IMG/VR virus record: IMGVR_UViG_3300042324_002009
Coordinates: 1-64,000 of that record
Length of the DNA: 64,000 nt
Source: a virus
Direction: 5' to 3' (one strand)
Below are positions 49,122 to 59,319 of the stretch, one piece after another. Under the pieces are notes generated by a model that was not told the DNA's origin, did no database searches, and saw only the letters and a program-made list of their open reading frames with translations. The position numbers and the translations under genes were made by a program. How positions within the stretch are numbered: the stretch's first letter is position 1; the number at the start of each line of letters is the position of its first letter.

Positions 49122-51649
49122 TGTCAGTAGTCATAAACCTTAAGGAAATATTCTCAACAGACAGTCAAATTGACGTCTCTAGTAAAGTAAATTTTAACTT
49201 TAATCAACTAATTGCACTTGGTTTTGGTCAAATCGGGCTAACTGGTAACCCCGGTATACAAGGCCCAGCTGGCCCAATTGGTCCAGACGGAATTCAAGGT
49301 CCAATCGGCACTGTTATTTTTGGAGATACTCCAAGCTCAACCACTGCGCCAGCAAGTCCTCCAAGTGGAATGGTTACTGGCGATCTATTAATTACGTCAG
49401 ACTCAATTATCCGAAAAATAGTTTCAGGCACGGGCTGGGAAAAACTAACTGATTTTAATTCTCTAGTGGTAAGCGCCTTAGGTTCAAATGCTTCGCCATT
49501 TGTTAAATTAACCGGAACCTCTAGAATAATTAAACCTAGAATTACATCAGGGTTGGATTTAACTAATGCTAGTAGCCCTGCCCCAAATTACCAAACTCCT
49601 GGATTGGGCACAAATAACCAAACAGTTCTCTATAATTTTAATGAACTTAATACAAGTTCAGTAATTATAAATGGGTCAGGTAATATTGTAATTAGCTCAA
49701 ATGGTTCAAGTACAGTTTCATTTGATGCAACAAGTGGCGGTATTAATCTTACTACTAATTTAATTACCGGATTAAGTGTATCTGGCCACGGATTAGTTAA
49801 TAAACAGTATATTACATATTCAGCCGGAACTGGAACAGTAGTTGGCGGATTAACTAATTATTCAGGATACTATGTGCTATACGTTGATGACTACACTTTT
49901 AAATTATGCGATACTGAATTAGACGTTGATAATAATAACCCAAAAGACCTTACTAGTTATGGTACTGGAACTCAAACTATATTAACATATCCTTCAACTG
50001 CTGAAAAAATATTTCCAGCAACTGCAAACTTATCACTGTATTCGGTATTTGGAAGCGCTGCTACTCAAGCAAAAGAATTTGCAAGTACAGCCAAAGGATA
50101 CAGACATCAACTTGAATTAGGATCAGTTGATGCATTACCTACTGCATATAGCGGAATTGCCGGTACAACTTATGTAATTAGTCCAAGTTTCGAAAATTTA
50201 AAGGTCAAAAAATACCGAGTAGGTAGTTATAGCGGAAGTGAAGATTATCCTGGAACATATTATCTAAGAGCTGAATACGATCTATCCTCAGCTGGTGGAA
50301 CTACAGCTGAATCATTTTCTCCAAGAAGAAATAGTGAGCAAATTTGGAAAATCAATAAGATTGCAACCACTCAAGCCTCAGGTCAAACCTTTGAGCTTAA
50401 ATTAACCAATTCAAATTTATTAGCAGTTAACGAAAGCGGTAGCGGAGTTAGCGTTGACGGTTTATTATTAAAGCGTGGAGTATTAGATGGAGGTGGAGGT
50501 TCTGGGTATATTGGATTTGGATTTGACCCAAGCGATGCAACTAAAGCTAAACTCGATGCGTCCAGCGGAATTACTAAATTTTCATTTGATGGAGTCAAGC
50601 TTGAATTAAAAAACGGAACAGATTTTGCAACATTTGAAATAGATACAGCAATCTTTGATGGAGATCCGTGTTTATTAATTACTTCACCGTTTAATAAAGT
50701 TGAATCGGTTACTGGAGCATCATATGAAACAATTAGCAGTGTTAAAGTAGAAACAATCAGTGGTAGTAAAACTGAAACCATTGGCGGTAGTAAAACTGAA
50801 ACTATTACTGGTAATAAAAGTGTTACTTCTGCTGCTTCAACTCATACTGTTTCAACTGGTAATAACTATACAATCACAACAGTTAATGGAAATATCCAAT
50901 TAACTTCAACTGATTCTAGTAAATTTATTGCACTAAATAACGCAATTAAAGTACAAGCAAATCGTCTTGCACAAGGTCTACCTTTTCCAACCACTCAAGT
51001 TCCATCAGCTGATGCGAATACTCTTGATGATTATGAAGAAGGAACTTGGGGAGGAGCTGGTAATTCAAGTTTATTATATGTTAGCCGAACTTGGAACGTC
51101 GTATCAGGTATCCTTGGTTACCAAGACAGTGGCTGGCTTGATGTAACTAGCGAATATGTGTCAGGAACATCAAGTGCAATTGCTGAAAAATCTAATCAAT
51201 ATACTAAAATTGGAAATCTAGTAACATTTACTGTAAACTATCTTGTCAATATTGAGTACATTTACTTAGCCACTGGCGCTGCGCCATTACCAATTGATAT
51301 TGGCGGTGGAGGCGGTGGTGCCACTAGCACGTATGCTGGAGATTCCTTTGAAGCTCCATTAGGTATTAGATTGCCATTCCCTCCCAAAGCAAATTCCCCA
51401 ATCAATGCGCGAGGGATTGTCTTAGGGGATTCTGCCGCCATTGGAAGTATTGAAGTAGCCCAAATTGGCGACGCTGATCCAGCCGGTTATCATATTGCTG
51501 CATTATCGTGGCTTGACGCTGATGGCCTTTCATCAGCGTTGAGTCCATATACTCCAGGGGCTGCAGTTTCAATAGGTCTAGGTGGGTCTCCAAGTCCAAC
51601 TATTCAACTTCAAATGGCAATCACCATTAGCTATTTTGCAGCCGATTAA
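49121..51649 (+). CDS. tail fibre/spike-like protein
   Basis: Short collagen stretch GQIGLTGNPGIQGPAGPIGPDGIQGPIG, 8-aa ETIxGSKT repeats, NTLDDYEEGTW and YTKIGNLV fibre motifs; AATAAATAA at 49022. Confidence 0.7.
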   Translation: MSVVINLKEIFSTDSQIDVSSKVNFNFNQLIALGFGQIGLTGNPGIQGPAGPIGPDGIQGPIGTVIFGDTPSSTTAPASPPSGMVTGDLLITSDSIIRKIVSGTGWEKLTDFNSLVVSALGSNASPFVKLTGTSRIIKPRITSGLDLTNASSPAPNYQTPGLGTNNQTVLYNFNELNTSSVIINGSGNIVISSNGSSTVSFDATSGGINLTTNLITGLSVSGHGLVNKQYITYSAGTGTVVGGLTNYSGYYVLYVDDYTFKLCDTELDVDNNNPKDLTSYGTGTQTILTYPSTAEKIFPATANLSLYSVFGSAATQAKEFASTAKGYRHQLELGSVDALPTAYSGIAGTTYVISPSFENLKVKKYRVGSYSGSEDYPGTYYLRAEYDLSSAGGTTAESFSPRRNSEQIWKINKIATTQASGQTFELKLTNSNLLAVNESGSGVSVDGLLLKRGVLDGGGGSGYIGFGFDPSDATKAKLDASSGITKFSFDGVKLELKNGTDFATFEIDTAIFDGDPCLLITSPFNKVESVTGASYETISSVKVETISGSKTETIGGSKTETITGNKSVTSAASTHTVSTGNNYTITTVNGNIQLTSTDSSKFIALNNAIKVQANRLAQGLPFPTTQVPSADANTLDDYEEGTWGGAGNSSLLYVSRTWNVVSGILGYQDSGWLDVTSEYVSGTSSAIAEKSNQYTKIGNLVTFTVNYLVNIEYIYLATGAAPLPIDIGGGGGGATSTYAGDSFEAPLGIRLPFPPKANSPINARGIVLGDSAAIGSIEVAQIGDADPAGYHIAALSWLDADGLSSALSPYTPGAAVSIGLGGSPSPTIQLQMAITISYFAAD

Positions 51650-52437
51650 ACTTTAAGTTTAAATGGAATCGGTTTCTTTTTTTCAAGTAGTCGATTACAG
51701 TCTAGTAAGACATTTGCATCAAAGCCGTGGCTTGGATTCATTATTTTATTTAGTAGAATAATATCTTTAGTTAAGGATATTCCATCAGATAAAACAACAT
51801 GATCCGTGCCGGAAACTACAATAACATTTTTCTCAGGTTGAAAATCATTAAGCCCAGGTTTTTCAGTAAGCAATCTATCTCTAAATTCGCTATTCTTAAG
51901 CCCAGGTAAAGTCAACACAGCCTTTCGGCTAATTGAATAGCCTAAACTGCGATTACTTTTTGTATTTAAGGTATAAATTTCATAACGATCTAATTTAGTA
52001 GACTTACAAACAATATAGATCTTTTCCTGTTTATGGATATTTGTATTATTAAAATGAAAGTGCAAATTTTCAAGAACTGGAATCTGTTTTTCTAAATACT
52101 TTTGCATTACCTCAGATAGGATTTTAGATCCCATTTTCATGATTGCCTTACCATTAGAGTCATCCGATTGGGCAAGTTGAGTTACCACATCCATTAAATG
52201 AGAGTGAGCCCTAACCACATTCAAATGTGAATCGTAGACTTTTTTATCTGCGATTATTGTATTAATATTTAGATAATGAAAAACAATTTCGTAAAAGTTT
52301 AGAAAGTCATCCTGTAAATTAGTGAGATACTTTTTTTGTGCGTCTAGTAAGACGTACGTATAGTATTCAAGATCAACAAAGTTAGCCTGACATAGCCACA
52401 TTGGGTCTAGTACAAGCTTCGGGTTTAGAGGTTTCAT
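51646..52437 (-). CDS. hypothetical protein
   Basis: 263-aa ORF opposite to the late cluster with its own AATAAATAA (52457-52465, minus strand). Confidence 0.75.
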   Translation of the reverse strand: MKPLNPKLVLDPMWLCQANFVDLEYYTYVLLDAQKKYLTNLQDDFLNFYEIVFHYLNINTIIADKKVYDSHLNVVRAHSHLMDVVTQLAQSDDSNGKAIMKMGSKILSEVMQKYLEKQIPVLENLHFHFNNTNIHKQEKIYIVCKSTKLDRYEIYTLNTKSNRSLGYSISRKAVLTLPGLKNSEFRDRLLTEKPGLNDFQPEKNVIVVSGTDHVVLSDGISLTKDIILLNKIMNPSHGFDANVLLDCNRLLEKKKPIPFKLKV

Positions 52438-52456
52438 TGATACCCCGATTTTATTA

Positions 52457-52498
52457 TTATTTATTTTGGGTAAAGACGTAATACTCTGCGATAAATAA
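52457..52498. promoter_or_regulatory. divergent pair of late promoters
   Basis: AATAAATAA on minus (52457-52465) and GATAAATAA on plus (52490-52498). Confidence 0.6.
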
Positions 52499-52514
52499 CA
52501 AAAAGATCAAATTA

Positions 52515-54578
52515 ATGCAAGTAATCGCTTACAAGATCATTCCGGAGCCAGATAAGAACTCGGTCACCTACAGTAAAAATTATAGAATTTTTTCTGCAGC
52601 TGAACCTATCCCTGGGGCTGTGAAAATTGTAGGTTTTAGTGAATCCGTTGACCTGGGTTCGGCTTTGCCCCAATATTTGATTCGTAAGTTTAGATATTCA
52701 TTTGATATGGGCAATTGGTCACTATGGTATGAACTAGATCCAGCTGATTTAACTAATATTGAAGACTTGTTATTTAATGAAGCTGATGTATTTTTTGAAG
52801 TCAAATATGAATATGACGATACTACCTATAATTCATTAGCTACTGCATTAACTGTTAATTTTGTAAAATTTAATATTCAAAGTACCAGTGTCTCTGAATC
52901 TTTATATACTCCAACTGTGTATTGCTCATCTGAACGTTGCCCAGCAATTGTTGCTGAGCGCGAAGCCTCATTTAAACCATATGAAGTTGGAACTGCAATT
53001 GGAATTGCCAAAGAATTAAGTTATCAAACTACTAAAATCTTTGGGCATGAAGTTGTCTATTTTAAAACTGAACCAGACCGTACTGGCGGAGATTTTATAT
53101 TTAAGGAATGGACACTATTTGAAACAGTTGACCGTAAATGCGTAAAAGTTGTTGTACCCAATAATACTTTTCCAGATAATAAGCCCCAATTTACTGAATT
53201 TGGAATTGATTTTGAAGTTCCGTTTGAAATTCATATTGACCATGTATACTTTCAGTCAATATTTGGACCAGGTACCCAACCTCGTAAAAGAGACTATATG
53301 TACTTTCCATTAACTAATCGAATGTATGAAATTCAAGGTTCATATCTGTATCGTGGATTTATGATGGAGCCATTATATTGGAAAATACAGTTAACTAAAT
53401 TTCATCCAAACATTGATATGTTAATGAAAGCTGGTGATCGTGTATTCCTAGACAATATTATTATTTCTAGTGATCAGCTTTTTGGTAAACAGGCAGAGGT
53501 TCAGAAAAAAGATGCTCTTGATAAACAGCAATATAAAACAATTTCCAATAGGTTTGATGAAACACGTAGATCGTTACATCCTGACTTAACTAACCGAATA
53601 TTAGATCACACATTTAATTATTCTCCATTAATTGAGTATTACTATGATATGAGCGGCGTAAAACAGGTGATTGCAAATTATACAATTGCATCAAACGGAA
53701 ATTCGGAAGATCAATACTTAACCCCTGATGCTCCATATTCAGTTTATGCATATGAAGGTAGTAATATATTTAGTGCATGGCAACGTCGCCAGCTAAATAC
53801 TGGAGATACTAATATTGGGACGTCAAGCCAAGCTACTGTTAAAATGGACGGGCCTAAGGATTCATACACTGCTCTTGGTAAATATGTAGTAGTTGAAGGT
53901 TATAAAAATTTGGCACTAAACCCAACCAAGCGCCAATCAATTACAGTTAATGCAGGTGGAGCTCTTCAATTTAAACAGTCAGAGCATGCGGTTGTATATA
54001 AAGCAGTTGCCTCAACTGATAATACTCCAAATATGACATTTAGTGCCTTAATTAAATTTAATAGGGGCACCCAGGATATCCGAATATTGGATGGATATGA
54101 TAACTTATTAAGTAAAGGATTAAGAGTAACCTGTTCACTCGTAGATAATAGTGGAATACCATATTCAACCTTCTACGTACAAATTAATGGTAGCTCTTAT
54201 ACTTTTATTGTTGGTGATTTAGCCTATGATAAATGGTATTCATTAATTGTGCCAGTATCATCGCAATATGGACAATTACAACTTAACCTATATTCGTTTG
54301 GTCAAGATCCAGCAAATATCAAGAATTTTAATAGTTTAGTTAGTGTATATACAGGATCAGCTAATCCTGGAAACTTTACATTTGTGACTGACCAAAATTG
54401 GGCACTACCATCCGCAAATTATTCAATTGCAAATATCCGATTGTTTAATACAATGGTTCAGCCAGAAGATCATGAATTTATAGTAAGTCAATTATTCATA
54501 CGAGACGAGTCTCTACTTGAACTAATTGATAATGCTCGACCTAGATTAAATGTACCATTTATTGCAATAAACAGTTAA
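52515..54578 (+). CDS. gp14-like neck protein with extra N-terminal and LamG-like C-terminal domains
   Basis: FGHEVVYF, FGIDF, PRKRDYMYFPLTNRMYEI (cf. T4 gp14 P.EGDLIYFP...LFEI); C-terminal DKWYSL...IANIRLFN. Confidence 0.7.
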   Translation: MQVIAYKIIPEPDKNSVTYSKNYRIFSAAEPIPGAVKIVGFSESVDLGSALPQYLIRKFRYSFDMGNWSLWYELDPADLTNIEDLLFNEADVFFEVKYEYDDTTYNSLATALTVNFVKFNIQSTSVSESLYTPTVYCSSERCPAIVAEREASFKPYEVGTAIGIAKELSYQTTKIFGHEVVYFKTEPDRTGGDFIFKEWTLFETVDRKCVKVVVPNNTFPDNKPQFTEFGIDFEVPFEIHIDHVYFQSIFGPGTQPRKRDYMYFPLTNRMYEIQGSYLYRGFMMEPLYWKIQLTKFHPNIDMLMKAGDRVFLDNIIISSDQLFGKQAEVQKKDALDKQQYKTISNRFDETRRSLHPDLTNRILDHTFNYSPLIEYYYDMSGVKQVIANYTIASNGNSEDQYLTPDAPYSVYAYEGSNIFSAWQRRQLNTGDTNIGTSSQATVKMDGPKDSYTALGKYVVVEGYKNLALNPTKRQSITVNAGGALQFKQSEHAVVYKAVASTDNTPNMTFSALIKFNRGTQDIRILDGYDNLLSKGLRVTCSLVDNSGIPYSTFYVQINGSSYTFIVGDLAYDKWYSLIVPVSSQYGQLQLNLYSFGQDPANIKNFNSLVSVYTGSANPGNFTFVTDQNWALPSANYSIANIRLFNTMVQPEDHEFIVSQLFIRDESLLELIDNARPRLNVPFIAINS

Positions 54579-54586
54579 CAACACAT

Positions 54587-55939
54587 ATGTATAAAGATTT
54601 AACAAAAAGCCAGCTATTCGATAATGTAAAATTAGGATTTGAATTTGAATTCTTTTCTCCAATTTTACGTGCGGAATTAGCTGAGAAATTAACAACCATT
54701 TTAGGTAAAAAGGTAATTAGCACCAATGAGTATGGTTCAGATATTCCAGTAAGCTATGATACTTTTAAAATTGAACCTGATTTTTCAGGTGGATTTAAAA
54801 TGAATGAGCTAATTACTGGCGTAATGCCGTATAATGAAGCAATTCACGTATTATATAAAGTCTTAAATTTCATTGATGAAAACGGCTTTACTACTGAAAG
54901 AACTGGATTACACATAAACCTGTCATTAAATGAATTTGATCTTGGGCTAAATGAGCGTCTGCAAAATCTAAATGTATTTAAGTATATTCTAGGTCTTAAC
55001 GAAGAGAAAATATTTGAATTATGGCCATCTGCTAAATCAAGAATTCAAAAAATTTATAAAAATTCAGTTAGCAATATTTACCCTAAAACTAAATTCTTGG
55101 CTGAGACCTCAATCGATTATGCCCGACCAAACAGTCCACTTGATTTTTTATATCCTCAATCAAAGTATTTTGGTTTAAATTTTGAAAAGTTAAATGAAGG
55201 CTATTTAGAAATTAGATATGCTGGTGGAATTGACTATCAATTAAAAAGAGCAAGCGCAACTGAATTAATTAATTATATTGCTGAATCTCTGTACAATACG
55301 CTTCAAGTAAATCACTCATATTCAATTGATGAACAAAAGAAAGTTTACGAAGTGATGAAAAAGCAGAGAGAAAATACTTTAGCTATTAAAACTTATGAAA
55401 ATTTCAAAAAGAATTTTCCAGAAATAGAATTATTCATTGACTTAAGAGATGATCCGCGAATTATTGAATCTAATTATCTAAATCTTCGTGAAAAGCTATT
55501 TGACTTAATCACTTTTGGCAAAATCAAAAAGGGCCAAGTAAATTATGATACTCAAAATAAAAGGGTTCAATTAAAAGAGTCTAAATTAGAAGAAGGCTTT
55601 GGAATTCATGACATTGATATTATAAATTGCAAAATTGAAGCCGAAATTTCTAACTGTACTCTATATGGGTGCAAAGTTAGATCATCACATATCACTGAAT
55701 GTAGAATCTTAACCAGCAATGATATTAGATATTGTCATTTAGATGATTGTTTATTTGAGAGAGGGTGTCATAACCGAATTGACTTAAGCTATATTAAGAG
55801 TTCGCCTGAAGCAATTATATATGCAGACTTAAATGAGTGTATTGTTAGATCAGGAATTATTGCACTTGATTCAAAAGTTGATAATAAAACCGAAATTCTG
55901 TCCGGTAGTGCAAAAGGCAGTAAAAATCAAATAAAATAA
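54587..55939 (+). CDS. putative amidoligase (COOH-NH2 ligase family) with C-terminal beta-helix-like repeats
   Basis: GFEFEF, IEPD, ELITG, TGLHINLS, KYFGLN, YLEIRYAGG motifs. Confidence 0.75.
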   Translation: MYKDLTKSQLFDNVKLGFEFEFFSPILRAELAEKLTTILGKKVISTNEYGSDIPVSYDTFKIEPDFSGGFKMNELITGVMPYNEAIHVLYKVLNFIDENGFTTERTGLHINLSLNEFDLGLNERLQNLNVFKYILGLNEEKIFELWPSAKSRIQKIYKNSVSNIYPKTKFLAETSIDYARPNSPLDFLYPQSKYFGLNFEKLNEGYLEIRYAGGIDYQLKRASATELINYIAESLYNTLQVNHSYSIDEQKKVYEVMKKQRENTLAIKTYENFKKNFPEIELFIDLRDDPRIIESNYLNLREKLFDLITFGKIKKGQVNYDTQNKRVQLKESKLEEGFGIHDIDIINCKIEAEISNCTLYGCKVRSSHITECRILTSNDIRYCHLDDCLFERGCHNRIDLSYIKSSPEAIIYADLNECIVRSGIIALDSKVDNKTEILSGSAKGSKNQIK

Positions 55940-55957
55940 TGAATGGATCTGAAAGTT

Positions 55958-55966
55958 AATAAATAA
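55958..55966 (+). promoter_or_regulatory. late promoter AATAAATAA
   Basis: 20 nt upstream of the ATG at 55987. Confidence 0.6.
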
Positions 55967-55986
55967 CTGAAATCCTTTAACCGAAA

Positions 55987-58900
55987 ATGGCAGTACAACT
56001 AAAAATCTCAAGTATTAAATCAATCAATGGTTCAAGTTTAAATACCATCATTGATTTGTCTAATTTCAACTTTAGCACAATTAAATCAGCAATTGATGAA
56101 TTCTTAACCTCAATTAATTATTCTCAAGTAGATGGTGAGATTGCAGTTGATATTCAAGGAATCTCAACCAATTCAATTATTATCAGAAATGGTTTAACTG
56201 TATATGGTACTCAACAACAAAATGGCAGCTATCCTGAAGTAATTAAAATGTATCCAACTGGTGCAATCACTGCAAAGAACGTTGTAGTTGAAGATGTACT
56301 TGAAGGAAAACGTCTTAGACTTAAGGTGTATGGAGTACTTCCACCAACTGCTGTTCCTGGTGAAATTGTTTATATTACTGCGCAGAATGGAAGAGTTGAA
56401 GGTTTTTATGGATATTTACAGTCGACTGGTTGGTGTTTACTTAGCTGCGGCGGAACTGGCGAAGGTATTTGTACAGCATCGGTTACTAGGTCAGTTACTC
56501 CAAATGTAATATCTGGAGATGGAGAATTATTATCACCTGGTCTATTACCAATACCTGCACCAATTGCAACAACCATGTACTTATTATTTGTTAATGGTCA
56601 TCAAATAACTATTGGAGATGGAGATATTAGCGCCAGTGCCTATTTTAGTAAAGATGGTGGAGTTACTGCAACTATATACGCTCAAGTCGATGTGACTGAC
56701 GAACTTTATTGGAACACAACCTCTGCTGGTTATGGATTAGATAGCGGAGACTTTGTTACCTTAATGTATTCAACAGTTGATGCAAATTGTGCTGGAGCAA
56801 ATGGTACTATTTGTATAACTAATATTTTAACTGCAGGTAATACTGAGTCAGTATTTGCTCAAGTTGGAGTTGATGTTATTATGGAGGATCCAGCTTCAGC
56901 TAATTGCCCAATTACTGTGTGCACTTTACCAATTCCAACAATTGAGCCAGAGGGAATTGATTTACCATATGGATATTTTTTAACTAATTCAGTTTTGGCT
57001 TTTGATATTTCTACTAGCTGCGCAGGTTGTGCACTTATTGGATTTGGATTACCTCAAACAATGACTGAAACTGAATTTGATTCAGTTAGAATTTTTGAAG
57101 AAATTAGCGGAGTTTATACAGACGTTACTATTTTAACTGGACCGTATGCTCCAAATTATTCTACTCGTACAATTTATGCAGAGATTTGCGATTTTGGAGC
57201 ATTTTATTTGATACCAGTAGACTCAGCGATACCAACTACAACTACGACAACTGCTGCGCCTACTACCACTACTACTGCTGCTCCAACTACCACTACTACA
57301 ACTGCGGCGGCAACCACTACTACAACGGCTGCACCTACTACTAGTACAACAACCGCTGCACCTACTACTAGTACAACAACCGCTGCTCCGACTACTAGTA
57401 CAACAACGGTTGAGCCTACGACTACAACAACGGTTGAGCCTACGACTACAACAACTATTGAGCCTACGACTACAACTACCACAACTAGAGTTGACCCTAC
57501 TACTACAACAACTGAGGCTCCGACTACTAGTACAACAACTGTTGCTGAAACTACTAGTACAACAACAGTAGGTGAAAGAACTACCACTACTACAACTAGG
57601 TCAGGCGAAATAACTACAACTACCACAATTAGTTGTGATGGATTTATTGCAACTATTAATGGACCTGGTCCATTTGATATAATACTAGATGGCTTTGATG
57701 GAATTGGATATACAATTACACAAGATGGCTCAGATATTACATCCGGTACTCTACCGGATTCTTTACCTGGAATCGGATTAGCAATTGAAAAGCTTTTAAC
57801 AATTACGTTAGCGAATGGATGCGTATTTACCTATGCATTTGACGAAGGTTTAGGGACTTGGGAGTTATTTACTGGATCAACTACTACAACGACAACTGAG
57901 GCTGCAACTACTAGTACCACAACTGCCGCTCCTGAGCCAGCTACAACCACAACAACGGTAGCTCCTACTACAACAACAACAACTGAGGCTTCAACTACGA
58001 GTACCACAACTAAGGCTGAACCTACTACAACTACAACAACACTGACGGAAATATTTAGAAGTATAAATTGCGAAACTTCAACTGTTATAAATATTGACTT
58101 TACTACAATATTAGCAATAACTCCAGAAATTGGACAAGTTTATTACTTAACATTTGACGACAGTAGCGAGGGTTGTTATACAATATTGTCAAGTGCTACT
58201 GGAACTGCTAATCGTATTGCAAATACAGCAAGCGATCCTATTGCTGACTGTATGAGCTGTCTACCAACTACAACTACAACAACAATAGCCCCTACTACAA
58301 CTACCACAACTGAACCAATATCCGAACCTACGACTACTACAACACTAGAGCCTGGGCTTACCACTACTACAACCGCTGAACCTAGGCCTACAACTAGTAC
58401 AACAACGGTTGAACCTACAACTAGTACAACAACGGTTGAACCTACAACTAGTACAACAACGGTTGAACCTACAACTAGTACAACAACGGTTGAGCCTACT
58501 ACAACTACCACAACAACGGTTGAGCCTACTACAACTACCACAACTGAACCAATATCCGAACCTACGACTACTACAACAACGGTTGAACCTACAACTACTA
58601 CAACAACTAGAGTTGACCCTACTACAACTACCACAACTGAACCAATATCCGAACCTACGACTACTACAACAACGGTTGAGCCTACTACAACTACCACAAC
58701 TGAACCAATATCCGAACCTACGACTACTACAACAACGGTTGAGCCTACAACTAGTACAACAACTAGAGTTGACCCTACTACAACTACAACAACGGTTGAG
58801 CCTACAACTAGTACAACAACGGTTGAGCCTACAACTAGTACAACAACAATAGCCCCTACTACAACTAGTACAACAACGGTTGAACCTACAACTAGTACAA

Positions 58901-59280
58901 CAACAATAGCCCCTACTACAACTAGTACAACAACCGTTGAGCCTGAATTTGAAACTACTACAACCACAACAGCTGAGCCTACAACTACCACTACAACGGT
59001 ATTTGATGGAGAAGTTACAACTACGACTACCGCAAATCCTTGCAACTGTGTATCCGTTGAAAATACAATGGATGGACCAAACGACTTTGACTATACAGAC
59101 TGTGACGGTAATTTACAAATGACTCAAATTGCAGCATTTACTACAGTTAGTTTATGTGTACTTAGCTATCCGGATAATGCAATATTTAATGTTACCCCAA
59201 GCGGAAGTTGTGCATTTAATGGAGAAATTTGGAGTTGCGTAATTGGTGAAACTACTACAACTACAACAAGGCGACCATAA
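55987..59280 (+). CDS. mucin-like Thr-rich late protein with Cys-containing globular domains
   Basis: Three poly-Thr/Pro/Glu tracts separating small Cys-containing domains; late promoter upstream. Confidence 0.8.
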   Translation: MAVQLKISSIKSINGSSLNTIIDLSNFNFSTIKSAIDEFLTSINYSQVDGEIAVDIQGISTNSIIIRNGLTVYGTQQQNGSYPEVIKMYPTGAITAKNVVVEDVLEGKRLRLKVYGVLPPTAVPGEIVYITAQNGRVEGFYGYLQSTGWCLLSCGGTGEGICTASVTRSVTPNVISGDGELLSPGLLPIPAPIATTMYLLFVNGHQITIGDGDISASAYFSKDGGVTATIYAQVDVTDELYWNTTSAGYGLDSGDFVTLMYSTVDANCAGANGTICITNILTAGNTESVFAQVGVDVIMEDPASANCPITVCTLPIPTIEPEGIDLPYGYFLTNSVLAFDISTSCAGCALIGFGLPQTMTETEFDSVRIFEEISGVYTDVTILTGPYAPNYSTRTIYAEICDFGAFYLIPVDSAIPTTTTTTAAPTTTTTAAPTTTTTTAAATTTTTAAPTTSTTTAAPTTSTTTAAPTTSTTTVEPTTTTTVEPTTTTTIEPTTTTTTTRVDPTTTTTEAPTTSTTTVAETTSTTTVGERTTTTTTRSGEITTTTTISCDGFIATINGPGPFDIILDGFDGIGYTITQDGSDITSGTLPDSLPGIGLAIEKLLTITLANGCVFTYAFDEGLGTWELFTGSTTTTTTEAATTSTTTAAPEPATTTTTVAPTTTTTTEASTTSTTTKAEPTTTTTTLTEIFRSINCETSTVINIDFTTILAITPEIGQVYYLTFDDSSEGCYTILSSATGTANRIANTASDPIADCMSCLPTTTTTTIAPTTTTTTEPISEPTTTTTLEPGLTTTTTAEPRPTTSTTTVEPTTSTTTVEPTTSTTTVEPTTSTTTVEPTTTTTTTVEPTTTTTTEPISEPTTTTTTVEPTTTTTTRVDPTTTTTTEPISEPTTTTTTVEPTTTTTTEPISEPTTTTTTVEPTTSTTTRVDPTTTTTTVEPTTSTTTVEPTTSTTTIAPTTTSTTTVEPTTSTTTIAPTTTSTTTVEPEFETTTTTTAEPTTTTTTVFDGEVTTTTTANPCNCVSVENTMDGPNDFDYTDCDGNLQMTQIAAFTTVSLCVLSYPDNAIFNVTPSGSCAFNGEIWSCVIGETTTTTTRRP
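57232..57627 (+). repeat. coding tandem repeats (PTTSTTTAA / PTTTTTVE)
   Basis: ACT/ACA-rich imperfect 24-30 nt units. Confidence 0.85.
58264..59034 (+). repeat. coding tandem repeats (PTTSTTTVE 27-nt unit; recurring EPISEP block)
   Basis: CCTACAACTAGTACAACAACGGTTGAA in tandem from about 58387; GAACCAATATCCGAACCTACGACTACTACAACA four times. Confidence 0.9.
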
Positions 59281-59287
59281 CTTACCT

Positions 59288-59314
59288 AAACTCTATTAAG
59301 GTAGTTAGTATAAT
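59288..59314 (+). promoter_or_regulatory. putative non-late promoter AAAC-N16-GTATAAT, 5 nt before the ATG
   Basis: Perfect copy of the motif directly upstream of the glycosyltransferase. Confidence 0.6.
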
Positions 59315-59319
59315 TTATT

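Noticed and set aside
1165-56509. Short ORFs (60-130 aa) nested in or antisense to long genes, e.g. 1165-1359, 3326-3508, 16712-17005, 18003-18365, 26328-26654, 35916-36239, 50383-50781
   Set aside because: Overlap well-supported genes, with no motifs or promoters of their own
57204-59045. Minus-strand poly-Val ORFs (57204-57626, 58176-59045) and the plus-strand LQLVQQR ORF (58409-58852)
   Set aside because: Antisense and alternate-frame shadows of the poly-Thr codon repeats, which lack stop codons in those frames
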